This document shows, piece after piece, positions 17,183-26,561 of a DNA stretch of 35,309 nt. The notes below the pieces were generated by a model. The model was not told the origin of the DNA. It saw only the letters and a program-made list of their open reading frames with translations, and searched no databases. The position numbers and the translations under genes are program-made. Source of the DNA: a virus (taxonomy: Duplodnaviria > Caudoviricetes); the IMG/VR virus record IMGVR_UViG_3300029787_000163, positions 1 through 35,309 of that record, one strand, 5' to 3'. Numbering within the stretch: the stretch's first letter is position 1; each line of letters starts with the position of its first letter.

Positions 17183-17548
17183 TCATAATCCAAAACTCCT
17201 ATTCTGGCGAGTTGACAAAGCCGAGAGATACTCATCGTAGTCACGCTGGTGTAACTTACAGAATCCGCCTCCTGTATTCATACCACAATAAGGACACTCG
17301 TCTTTGCCATGTTTCCGCCTTAACCCCCACCACTTTCGTGATAGCCTTTTGTGTCTCATAGTGAGACGTTTCACATACAAGTCCAATTCATCATCAGACA
17401 TTGCTTCTGCGCTTGGCATCATCTGTTGTTGTACTGGTTGTCTTGTAAGAACGTTAGGGGCTGGAGCCACCTCTCTCTGAGGTTGTTCCTCAGTTTGTGT
17501 ATGTTGAGGTTTGCGTGCTAGGGTCGTCATCTGAGGTGGTCCAGCCAT
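17183..17548 (-). CDS. Gln/Pro-rich protein with C-terminal zinc finger
   Basis: CPYC-x7-CKLH; GGAGG SD. Confidence 0.75.
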   Translation of the reverse strand: MAGPPQMTTLARKPQHTQTEEQPQREVAPAPNVLTRQPVQQQMMPSAEAMSDDELDLYVKRLTMRHKRLSRKWWGLRRKHGKDECPYCGMNTGGGFCKLHQRDYDEYLSALSTRQNRSFGL

Positions 17549-17649
17549 TAATTCGATTCCTCCTTTAATTCATTTAAGTTCCTTCTAAAATTCTTACATT
17601 CGCTTGTTAACTTAACCATATCAGCAAACCATTTGCCTTTCTTACTCAT
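17548..17649 (-). CDS. 33 aa hypothetical peptide
   Basis: MSKKGKWFADMVKLTSECKNFRRNLNELKEESN; TAATG overlap. Confidence 0.45.
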   Translation of the reverse strand: MSKKGKWFADMVKLTSECKNFRRNLNELKEESN

Positions 17650-17697
17650 CACAACACTCCCAAACATATTCATATCCACTAAAGCAATACTTACACA

Positions 17698-18081
17698 TTA
17701 TAGCCCACCTTTCCTCATCATCTGTGCAGTTCTTGTCGCTGCTTGTCCTACCTGTACCTCAGGGCTGACAAACGCCTTAACTACCAATGCTTTAATCATT
17801 GACAACAAAATACTTACAGCCATAACAAACATTAGAAATCCATTGTATAACCATGCAACTCCCCATATTGCCATACCGTATTCTGTAACTACTGAATCAT
17901 AATAATAACCAATATACAGGCCAATTCCACCTAATGCAAAGCCTATTCCCATAAGCCATACACATCTCTTGAACCAAACCCATTCAATGTATCTACAAAA
18001 TTCTACATCCTGCTGGCCTCCTGCACCCATTGTGCTTGGATACCGACCTGTGCTAAACAACATATTTCTTATGAATCTCAT
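17698..18081 (-). CDS. Two-TM membrane protein
   Basis: Two long hydrophobic segments; basic C-terminus. Confidence 0.75.
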   Translation of the reverse strand: MRFIRNMLFSTGRYPSTMGAGGQQDVEFCRYIEWVWFKRCVWLMGIGFALGGIGLYIGYYYDSVVTEYGMAIWGVAWLYNGFLMFVMAVSILLSMIKALVVKAFVSPEVQVGQAATRTAQMMRKGGL

Positions 18082-18902
18082 TGTGTCACCATATCTGCGT
18101 ATGCATTCTTGTGCGAATCTATCTTCTCATAAATGTCACGCTTAAACTCCCTAGAGAGTTGATACGCAACTTCATACCCAATAGGTTCCGCACCTTCAGG
18201 CATTGGAATCCACTTAGGGTGATAAGTATAAATTGTTATCCTACGAAAGTTTGGCTTAAAATCTAGCTTGTCATCATGATACTCGATGTAGGCTTTTTGT
18301 GGAAATCCTTCTTCATCTGTTAATGAGTCTAAGCTGTGTTCCATAAGTACGGCATTAACCGTATTTTCAATAATCTTAACTTTCATCATCTTAGATACTG
18401 ACAATGCAGTCTCCCACCTAAATATATCTGAAGGGGTAAGATTCTCAACTACCGAATGCATAAGTTCATCACAACCAATAATACACTCGCTCATGTCAAA
18501 AGTCTTGAGCCTTACTCCTTTTAAACTAAAATCCTTAACTTTGCCTTTAATAGCTCCTGAAGTGTTAGATATTTTTACCCAATCATCAATAGCAAACTCT
18601 GTTCTGTATGCTACTGTAAGAAATGATAAGGCTCCATTGATTGGACTGTACTGCGAAAATGCAGCGTATGTTAATGCAGATATGCCCACAATGTACTCTG
18701 TACGGGCCAATAAACCACTGTACATCATCAAGCCTACTCCAAATACTATAAGTCCTAAAACACCAAATACTTGAGCTGCTGCTTTACCTTGTAAACTTCT
18801 GATTTTATAATCACTAAATGCTGACTTTTTTGCTCTCTTAATCGCTGCTGAAACGCATAACGCTACTGCGATAAACCATGCAAAAACTAAGCCCTCATCC
18901 AC
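18078..18902 (-). CDS. MscS-like small-conductance mechanosensitive channel homologue (divergent)
   Basis: Three TM segments then EFAIDDWVKI...GKVKDFSLKGVRLKTFD...IIG...L...VVENLT, matching the MscS middle beta-domain pattern. Confidence 0.7.
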   Translation of the reverse strand: MDEGLVFAWFIAVALCVSAAIKRAKKSAFSDYKIRSLQGKAAAQVFGVLGLIVFGVGLMMYSGLLARTEYIVGISALTYAAFSQYSPINGALSFLTVAYRTEFAIDDWVKISNTSGAIKGKVKDFSLKGVRLKTFDMSECIIGCDELMHSVVENLTPSDIFRWETALSVSKMMKVKIIENTVNAVLMEHSLDSLTDEEGFPQKAYIEYHDDKLDFKPNFRRITIYTYHPKWIPMPEGAEPIGYEVAYQLSREFKRDIYEKIDSHKNAYADMVTQ

Positions 18903-19390
18903 TATTTGTTACCCTTCTTTGCTATCTTATCAATGTGCGGCCCTTGTTCCGCTTCTAACAACTCGCCTGTGTTTGGATTGATATATCCGCCTGCCTGTGC
19001 TGGCATAGGCATTGGAGGTTGCTGTTGTTGTTGATATTGTTGGTAAGGAACCATGTTAGGTGGGATTGCTTGTTGCCCTACATGACCGTCTCGGTTCATG
19101 TCCCATCCTGTTTTGTTTTCCATGTAGTTCATCGCATTGCTGAACATTCCTTGGTTTTGATAGCCCGAAGGTTTACGCTTTCTCTCTGCAAATTCTTCTA
19201 AATCTTGAGAGTCTGCTATTGTAGATAATATCGTATATGTGAACGCACCACTTACCGAACCAAACCAAAGAGCATCGTTATATGCCATACCACCAACATA
19301 CATCAAAGTAAATGCGTTTGCTATGAAAACTAGCAAGGCACTCAATCTGTTGTACGATTGTTTTATTTTGTGCTTTATCGATTCATCCAT
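18902..19390 (-). CDS. Two-TM membrane protein with Gln/Pro-rich tail
   Basis: Two hydrophobic segments; DMNRDGHVG (DxNxDG) motif; poly-Q/P. Confidence 0.75.
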   Translation of the reverse strand: MDESIKHKIKQSYNRLSALLVFIANAFTLMYVGGMAYNDALWFGSVSGAFTYTILSTIADSQDLEEFAERKRKPSGYQNQGMFSNAMNYMENKTGWDMNRDGHVGQQAIPPNMVPYQQYQQQQQPPMPMPAQAGGYINPNTGELLEAEQGPHIDKIAKKGNK

Positions 19391-19404
19391 ATTTCTGTTA
19401 TATC

Positions 19405-19420
19405 TTACTTATATAAATAG
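19405..19420 (-). promoter_or_regulatory. TATA box for the membrane-protein operon
   Basis: TTTATATAA (minus) at 19409-19417, ~20 nt from ATG 19390, in a 30 nt intergenic gap. Confidence 0.6.
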
Positions 19421-22400
19421 TTATCCTGTCTGTAATTCATTTGCATTATCAAGGTTAGGTTTCTCTAATCTAAGGTCATCATCCCCTGCCTCATCTGCAT
19501 CCAATAACTGCTGAGTGTCTAAGGTGTGATGCCATTGTCTGAATCCTTCTCCTGTGCAGTTTGTTACGCTACCTACTATTGTAAGGTCGTTACCTGCTTG
19601 GAAATCTAAATTACTTACGTTACCTACTATCTCATGTCCTGCTGCGGCTGGACTTGTCCAATTTGTTTTATTACTTCCACTAATATGTCCAATTATTGTT
19701 GTGTTACCTGTAATTAAAGTTGAATTTGGGTCATGTAAATTTGTAGAGCTTGTAGTCCCTGTCATAGTAACTGTGGTGTTTCTTAAATCAAATGTTCCGC
19801 CACTATCTGCTACTAATTGCCTAACAGAATGACTAAATTCACCCCCAACTATTTTATTAGCACCAGTTCTCCAATAACCTGTGAAAGTGCAATTACCTCC
19901 AAATGTAATTGTATTTCCATTGGCTATAAAATATTGATAATTAGAAGTTGGCACATTAGTAGAACTATTCCAATAAACAATATATGGGAGTGTAGCTCCT
20001 GCCGATACAGTTCCACTACCTAGTATCTCTATGTCCATATTACCTGATTGTGCAAAAGTTCCGCTATTATGTGTTAATGTGCCATACACTCTTAGATTTG
20101 AATGACCGCCTACTTTAGTTAATGTGGTAGTTCCTCCAGATGGTGCAACTCCTAAGTTGTTAAACTCATATCCTGTTGAACCCAGATGTAATTTACCTGA
20201 AGCACCTGTCATGTTTACAGTAGAAGTGCCTCTTGTAAATGTTCCTGCTCCTGCCCAACCTCCAGATACACTACCTGCTGTAAGTGTTCCATCTGCGGCT
20301 GCTCCTACTGACCCTTTGTTATCTATGGTTGTTCCAGTTCCTTCATCGAACTGCCACATTGCAAGAAGGTTCCCTGTATTTGCCATATTAGCGTGTTCAT
20401 TAAACATATCTGCTCTTAATTCAGATACAGTTCTAATATCATCAAAGAATCTCATCATAGCGATAGTTCCATCAAAATGAACATTATCATCATTATCATA
20501 ATTGCCAATAATAAAATCCTTTGATGCGTCTGAGGTAGCAGACCCTGTAGCTGCATTAGTTCTAGTTACTGCTACTTGTTTTCCATTTACATACATTGTA
20601 AGTTCGTTTGCTACATTACTACTATCATAAGTTACAGCAACGTGACTATATTTGTTATAATCTATAACAAAATCTGTAGAAGTCCATTCTGAATCGTCAC
20701 CACTAAAAAATTGTTTAAAGGTTAATTTACAAGAGTTTGAACCACTATCAGTTCTTGTAGAAAAATACCAATAGACTTTACTTGCAATCATACCTCCATA
20801 AGTATTGTTTTGACCTTTAGTAGTTGGTTTAATCCAAGCTTCTAAAGTAGCACCACCATCGAATTGGTCATCCATAGCAGAATCAGAACCACAATTAATG
20901 AAACCCGTAGTGTTGCTATCAGTATCATCAAAGTTCACAGCACTCGTACCAATAAGACCACCACTGGTAGTAAAATCTCCTTCACAAGTAAGTGTTCTGT
21001 CATTACCTCTTAACTCTCCACCTGTTGCTACCTGCATAAGAGTAGTTGTTTTTACACTTTGTTGACAATCTAACTGACCACCAACAAATACTTTTGCGGG
21101 ATATTCTCCTGAAGCACCTCCCCAAGCATAGCTATTAACATCACTTTCAACACCTCTAGCAAAAAAGTTTCCTCCAAAATATAAAGAGGTTATTAATTTT
21201 TCAGACGTACTTGGTGGGTCGTGAATAATAGTTGAACCTGTATTAGAGGTAATAACTCTTCCATTAAAATCTATGTTGCCTGTAAAAATTGCCATAGAAT
21301 CATTCATTGACAAAGCACCTGTAGTTAAATCAAAATCACCACTAAACTCAGCCCTCTGTCCATTCAAATCTAAAGTATCTCCACTACTTACTGTTACGGC
21401 ATCAAACTCACAATCTCCTGTAAGTGTTATTGTCACACCGCCACCGCCTGTTGTTATGTCTCCTTGAAAATCACAATTCTCAAGCCTTACTAAACCGCTT
21501 GAAACATCATCCCAATCTATGTTAGTTCCAGTAATAATTGCAGGGAATAAACTATTAACGCCTTTGATTTTTACAAAATTACTTGTGTTAGAATCCCATT
21601 CTAATCCATAGCTTGACATTCCTGTTGTATCTATTGTTCCTTGAGAAGTAGCAGTTCCCATTGTTAATGTTACTGTATTACTACTTGCTTTTAATCTCCA
21701 TTGATTATTACCATCTAATTCATTCTCAATAGTAGTATCATTCATTAAATCTATTGTTTTAGTGTTTGAACCATCCCACGACATATTGTAAAATGTTAGA
21801 CTTGTTCCTGTAACTTGTAAATGTTCGGTAAAACGAACTTTACCATTGTTATGTGTCAATGCACCACTACTTGCCATATTGCCTCCAACATCTAAATTAC
21901 CTCTTGGTGCTGACAAAGTTCCGTTAGCTGCTATCGTAAGTGTTCCGTCAAGGTCAAGAGTGCCGTTTATGCAACTTGCATCTACCAAACCTATTCCTTG
22001 ACCATCTGCATCTGTTTCTGTTCCTGAATCTTCAAATGCTCCTGATGCATTGTTAAGTGCTGCGGTTGCGTGTCCTTCATCTAATTTGTATTGATGATTA
22101 GGAGTTTGTGGATATGTGTCTGAATAAAGAGAAGCTACTTGGTCTGCTGACAAAGCATAAGACCAACATCCTACATCTCTTATTTTTCCACTAAACTCAT
22201 CTCCATCTGTATCTGATGGTCTACCACCTATACCAAAATTACCTGAACTAATTGAAATGGTTTTACTTGAACTTCCTGTAGCAGCAGAAACACCATCAAT
22301 ATAAATTGCTGTGTTATTACTTGCATCTCTCGTTGCTACAAAATGATGCCATTGTCCATTTATTATTGTGCTATTACCTGTATATAAATCATCTGAACTA

Positions 22401-23458
22401 CCATCTCCTATTCTAAATCTTATTCTATCATTTGTGCTATCTAAGGATATTGCCATCCCGTCATTACCACTATCACGTGCATTTACTATTGTGTGCAATA
22501 GATGACCATCGTGAGTATTATCGTGATTAAACCAACCAGAAACACTAAACGCAGTTTTAGAATTATAAAAAGTATTAGAAGTGCAACTAATTAATTGTGT
22601 ATCGCCTGAAAAGTCTACAGATGACAAAGCCAAACCCTCTACCTTTCCTTGTGTTACTGTAAACGTTCCATCTGTCGTTGTACTATTATCATATACATCT
22701 ACACTAAAAGCATCGTAAACTACACTGCCCATATTAGATGCAGACGCAGTATTACTATTGCCTGATGAATCAGTTGTTGTATCTGCTGTAAGTTTGTACC
22801 ATCCTTTTGGTGGATTTGAACTTATTAAATCAGGTTCCTGATTTATTTTAGCTGCTGCAATAGGTATTTGAGTAGATGATAATCCTGCTGCTTTGTATAT
22901 TTTTACATCTGCAATGTAACCATCAAATGTCCTACTTGTTCCAGAGTTATTACCAATAATTAAATCATCAGATGCATCGGATGTGCGTGAACCGTCTGGT
23001 GTACCAGCCTCAGTAATTGTTTGAGCTATACCATTTAAATACATTACAGCATCATTAGAAGTGCTGCTGCCATCATATACTATAGCAATATGAGACCAGT
23101 GATTTAACGGCACTACCCTATCTGTAAATCTCCAATGTCCATTTGTTGTAGAAAATTTTTGAATAAAACTTACTCTGCAAAAACCTCCAGATTCAGCGTG
23201 AGTGTAAACCTCCCACTTATCTTTTGTTAATATTCTGCCTTCACTGTTTTCGCCGACTGTTCTAGGATAAATCCAAAATGTTAAACTACCTGCACCGTTA
23301 AAAATGTCATCAAACATAGTAGGACTTCCTGCATTAATAATAGAAGTTGTACCGTTAAAATTACCGTGTACAGGGTCAAGATTTACATTAACGTTTGCTG
23401 CTCCAAGATTTCCTTCTATTATTCCGCCCGTGCCTGTTATTTCAATAGTTCCCGTCAT
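19421..23458 (-). CDS. Fibre/spike protein with three LamG (ConA-like) domains and beta-helix segments
   Basis: WSHIAIVYD..MYLNG, WHHFVATRD..IYIDG, YSHVAVTYD..MYVNG, each followed by IG...F.G.I. Confidence 0.85.
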   Translation of the reverse strand: MTGTIEITGTGGIIEGNLGAANVNVNLDPVHGNFNGTTSIINAGSPTMFDDIFNGAGSLTFWIYPRTVGENSEGRILTKDKWEVYTHAESGGFCRVSFIQKFSTTNGHWRFTDRVVPLNHWSHIAIVYDGSSTSNDAVMYLNGIAQTITEAGTPDGSRTSDASDDLIIGNNSGTSRTFDGYIADVKIYKAAGLSSTQIPIAAAKINQEPDLISSNPPKGWYKLTADTTTDSSGNSNTASASNMGSVVYDAFSVDVYDNSTTTDGTFTVTQGKVEGLALSSVDFSGDTQLISCTSNTFYNSKTAFSVSGWFNHDNTHDGHLLHTIVNARDSGNDGMAISLDSTNDRIRFRIGDGSSDDLYTGNSTIINGQWHHFVATRDASNNTAIYIDGVSAATGSSSKTISISSGNFGIGGRPSDTDGDEFSGKIRDVGCWSYALSADQVASLYSDTYPQTPNHQYKLDEGHATAALNNASGAFEDSGTETDADGQGIGLVDASCINGTLDLDGTLTIAANGTLSAPRGNLDVGGNMASSGALTHNNGKVRFTEHLQVTGTSLTFYNMSWDGSNTKTIDLMNDTTIENELDGNNQWRLKASSNTVTLTMGTATSQGTIDTTGMSSYGLEWDSNTSNFVKIKGVNSLFPAIITGTNIDWDDVSSGLVRLENCDFQGDITTGGGGVTITLTGDCEFDAVTVSSGDTLDLNGQRAEFSGDFDLTTGALSMNDSMAIFTGNIDFNGRVITSNTGSTIIHDPPSTSEKLITSLYFGGNFFARGVESDVNSYAWGGASGEYPAKVFVGGQLDCQQSVKTTTLMQVATGGELRGNDRTLTCEGDFTTSGGLIGTSAVNFDDTDSNTTGFINCGSDSAMDDQFDGGATLEAWIKPTTKGQNNTYGGMIASKVYWYFSTRTDSGSNSCKLTFKQFFSGDDSEWTSTDFVIDYNKYSHVAVTYDSSNVANELTMYVNGKQVAVTRTNAATGSATSDASKDFIIGNYDNDDNVHFDGTIAMMRFFDDIRTVSELRADMFNEHANMANTGNLLAMWQFDEGTGTTIDNKGSVGAAADGTLTAGSVSGGWAGAGTFTRGTSTVNMTGASGKLHLGSTGYEFNNLGVAPSGGTTTLTKVGGHSNLRVYGTLTHNSGTFAQSGNMDIEILGSGTVSAGATLPYIVYWNSSTNVPTSNYQYFIANGNTITFGGNCTFTGYWRTGANKIVGGEFSHSVRQLVADSGGTFDLRNTTVTMTGTTSSTNLHDPNSTLITGNTTIIGHISGSNKTNWTSPAAAGHEIVGNVSNLDFQAGNDLTIVGSVTNCTGEGFRQWHHTLDTQQLLDADEAGDDDLRLEKPNLDNANELQTG

Positions 23459-25842
23459 GCGTTTATTGTTCCTCCAACGTTTCTAAGTGACTCTGCTTTG
23501 ATTGTAATGCTTCCATTGTCAAACTCTAAAGTGCCTCCAGAATTTATAGTTACTGCACCCATTTCAATATCTGTAAAACTATCTAAATCTAATTCACCAT
23601 TAAGTGTAGCCAATCCTGAATGTCTTAGTATTGAACTACCATTAGAAGAAAATATTTTACAATTTGCCCCTACTGTTAAATTATTTCTTACTGTAAAAAA
23701 CTGATTAGAACCACCAACACATACTCTGTAATTACCTACTGATGAACCTACTCTTTCTGTAGTGACATTATAAAACTCAGTAGTATCTTCTGTAGAATGC
23801 CCTTTAACTGCATACCAAGTTCCTGAACTAGTATCGGCTTTGAAATGTACTGTGCCATTATTGTGTGTAAAAGTTCCTAACTCTTCAAACATATAATTAG
23901 AACTGTTTTTATTTGTAAGTGTAGTAGTTCCGCTTGTTGCAAGATATGTTCCTCCACTTGCTATTTTAATACTTCCAAAAGTGTTAGAACCACTTGCTGC
24001 TGACGTGCCTACTTGACCATTAGCTGCAATGTCTACATCTCCTGTTACTACTAATGAATTAGAACTGCTGTTTCTGTAGAATCTACCTTTTGTAACTGTA
24101 AGGTTACCAGCTATTGTAACTTCTGTTCCTGAGCTAGGTCTCCAAGGTGTGTTGCCATCAGGAGCATTTTGGTCTCTGTTTATTATTAAATTATGATATG
24201 TTGTGTTCATAATATGAGCACCACCTGTGGATGTAGAACCATCTCCTATTTGCATAGTGCCGCTGTTGTGAGTAAAAGTCCCTGAGTTTTTAAATGCAAA
24301 ATTACTGGATGCTTTGTTAGTAATAGTAGTAGTTCCGCTGGTTGCAAGATATGTTCCGCCACTTTCTATTGTAAGACTTCCAAAATTATTTGCACCTGAC
24401 GCACTTGTAGCATCTATTTTACCGCCGCTTTCAATACTTACATCTCCTGTAACTGTAAGGGTGTGACTATGTGTGTTTTTTTGTACGACTCCTTCTTGAA
24501 GAGTAAGGTTACCTTCTACTGTCATTACCGTTCCTGCATTTGGCCTCATAGTAAAAGTATTAGTTGATGCATTTAATAAAACGGTTAGATGGTGAAACGA
24601 ATTGGCTCCATCTGATTGACCTGTACGAACGTGTGTATCCATCCCAAAGGCTGATAAATCAAACAGTACAGTACCATCATTATTATCAAAAGAATCTGTA
24701 CCGTTTACATCCCAAGCAAATCCTGTTGAGTCTTCAGAAGTTATTGTAGTAGTTCCGCTTGTTGCGTTATATTTCCCTGATGAACCTACTAAAAAACCTC
24801 CTGCACTAATCGCTGAAGCATTACCTGTAAGTGTTCCATTTACAGTACAAAGTCCTGTTACTGTAAGGTTTCTAAATGTCCCAGAACTTGCTGTAGTTTG
24901 AGTGTCAAGCGTAGTACCAGATGTAATTGTTAAATCGCCAGATATACCAGAATGACCATTTAATCTATATATTACATTTCCTGTTAATGTTAAATTGTTT
25001 ACTCCTGCAAAATTTGATATTTGAAATTTAGATGAAGTTCCAAACGTTACATCCATAGTCCCTGCTGCTACACAAGTAGAACTTCCTCCTATGTTTATTG
25101 TCCTTGTATTATCATTAGAATGTCCGTTCAAAGTAGCAGTTCCAGAAGTGTTAGTAAATTTAGCATTTGCGTTGTTGTCAACTACAATACTGCCAATGGT
25201 ATGAGTTCCAGAACCTCCTGTAAATGTACCGCCAGTTTTAACATTTAATCCTGCACCATCTGTTTTACCAGAACCTAAACTTATTGCCGAAGAATTACAA
25301 GTTAATGTTGCTTGGTCTGCACCACCACTGTCTGGTCCTATTGTTGTAGTTCCTGTTACTGTAAGTGCGTAATTATTATCGCTACTTGTCGAAAGTGTTC
25401 CTGCCGATATTGTAAGATTACCATTAACCGTCATTGCTCCACCCAATACAAACGTGGCCGCACCGTTAAATTGCAGATTTCTTAATTCTGTAGATGCTGC
25501 TATATGGTTAGTTCCAACTAAAAGTGTAGCTCCGCTTCCTAAGGTAAAAATTAAAGTTCCAGTTCCACCTACAAATGTGACTGTATTGTTTCCAATATCT
25601 AAAGCTCTACCACTACCATTTTCACCAGCAATCGTAAGGTCATGGTCATTCATGCTAAAACTACCGTTACTTTGAATTTGTAATGAATTTATAGTTCTAT
25701 CACCATCTAATACACAATCGTTAATGCTTGATGTATCTGGTATAATTACATCATCTGAGGATGTGGGTACTGACCCTGTACTCCAATTAGCTGCTGTTGC
25801 GAAATCAGTAGAACTAGAACCGTCCCAAGTAACTACTGCCAT
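23455..25842 (-). CDS. Beta-helix fibre/adhesin-like protein with ~135-140 aa repeats
   Basis: N-terminal WDG...ANWSTGSVPTSSDDVII motif; repeated GGTYLATSGTTT...GTFTHNxGT. Confidence 0.8.
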   Translation of the reverse strand: MAVVTWDGSSSTDFATAANWSTGSVPTSSDDVIIPDTSSINDCVLDGDRTINSLQIQSNGSFSMNDHDLTIAGENGSGRALDIGNNTVTFVGGTGTLIFTLGSGATLLVGTNHIAASTELRNLQFNGAATFVLGGAMTVNGNLTISAGTLSTSSDNNYALTVTGTTTIGPDSGGADQATLTCNSSAISLGSGKTDGAGLNVKTGGTFTGGSGTHTIGSIVVDNNANAKFTNTSGTATLNGHSNDNTRTINIGGSSTCVAAGTMDVTFGTSSKFQISNFAGVNNLTLTGNVIYRLNGHSGISGDLTITSGTTLDTQTTASSGTFRNLTVTGLCTVNGTLTGNASAISAGGFLVGSSGKYNATSGTTTITSEDSTGFAWDVNGTDSFDNNDGTVLFDLSAFGMDTHVRTGQSDGANSFHHLTVLLNASTNTFTMRPNAGTVMTVEGNLTLQEGVVQKNTHSHTLTVTGDVSIESGGKIDATSASGANNFGSLTIESGGTYLATSGTTTITNKASSNFAFKNSGTFTHNSGTMQIGDGSTSTGGAHIMNTTYHNLIINRDQNAPDGNTPWRPSSGTEVTIAGNLTVTKGRFYRNSSSNSLVVTGDVDIAANGQVGTSAASGSNTFGSIKIASGGTYLATSGTTTLTNKNSSNYMFEELGTFTHNNGTVHFKADTSSGTWYAVKGHSTEDTTEFYNVTTERVGSSVGNYRVCVGGSNQFFTVRNNLTVGANCKIFSSNGSSILRHSGLATLNGELDLDSFTDIEMGAVTINSGGTLEFDNGSITIKAESLRNVGGTINA
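23921..24765. repeat. Three near-identical DNA repeats inside fibre gene
   Basis: GTAGTAGTTCCGCT(T/G)GTTGC at 23921, 24326, 24746. Confidence 0.9.
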
Positions 25843-25845
25843 TCA

Positions 25846-26229
25846 CTAAACTTGCTCCGCATAGACAATAACAGTCAAATCTGCGCCATTGCCTGTAGCC
25901 CTTACACATAGATGTTTCAAAGCTGTTGTAGAGATTGCCTTCAATGCATTACTGCTAGTTCCAACAGATATGTCATCACCAACTTGTGTCCAATCAGAAC
26001 CACCTTCTGTTGATGGCTCATCTTTTAATGAACCATAAACTTTAGCTACTCCTGCTGTTGAACCGTCACTATTGAATATCTGTATAGCATATCTATTGTA
26101 AAGAGCTGCATCAAACTTATCTAAGACTGTCGTTTCAGAGCCTCCCACAGCAGTCTCCGTATTGGAGAACGTCATTGCTGTGCGAACTCTGTCTAGTCTT
26201 TTGCTTGTTCTGACGACAGTAGATGCCAT
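25846..26229 (-). CDS. Small beta-sandwich virion protein (decoration/spike base candidate)
   Basis: 127 aa beta-rich; between capsid and fibre genes. Confidence 0.55.
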   Translation of the reverse strand: MASTVVRTSKRLDRVRTAMTFSNTETAVGGSETTVLDKFDAALYNRYAIQIFNSDGSTAGVAKVYGSLKDEPSTEGGSDWTQVGDDISVGTSSNALKAISTTALKHLCVRATGNGADLTVIVYAEQV

Positions 26230-26540
26230 CAGTCAGCCTTCCCTTTCTTGGCCTTCTTTAGACCTTTCTTAGGTTTAGCTACTTCTTTTTTGGCTTTGGT
26301 TTTTGCTTTGGACTTAGGAGGTCTGCCCCTAGACTTAGGAGGTTTGACGTGAGTCTTAATCCCAGCCCCAACTTTTGGGGTATTGCCTTCTGCAATAACA
26401 AAGTCCCTTTGCGTTTCGAGTTCTTTAGCGAGTCCTTCGCTTTCAATCTCAACGGTTTCATTGGGTCTGAAAGCAATCCAACGCCCATTAGGTAACCTAC
26501 GCCTAGTGAACCTAGTGCCAGTGTATTTGATGTTGACCAT
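26229..26540 (-). CDS. Small basic protein with Lys-rich tail
   Basis: Directly after MCP; GGAGG SD; RGRP and poly-K C-terminus. Confidence 0.75.
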   Translation of the reverse strand: MVNIKYTGTRFTRRRLPNGRWIAFRPNETVEIESEGLAKELETQRDFVIAEGNTPKVGAGIKTHVKPPKSRGRPPKSKAKTKAKKEVAKPKKGLKKAKKGKAD

Positions 26541-26561
26541 TTAATTAGTCCTCCAAACACT

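Noticed and set aside
19421-25842. Diversity-generating retroelement acting on the fibre genes
   Set aside because: No reverse transcriptase and no template/variable repeat pair differing at adenines.
26279-26560. Alternative-frame 93 aa ORF after the capsid gene
   Set aside because: Overlaps 26229-26540, which has the GGAGG SD and ATG and couples to the next gene.
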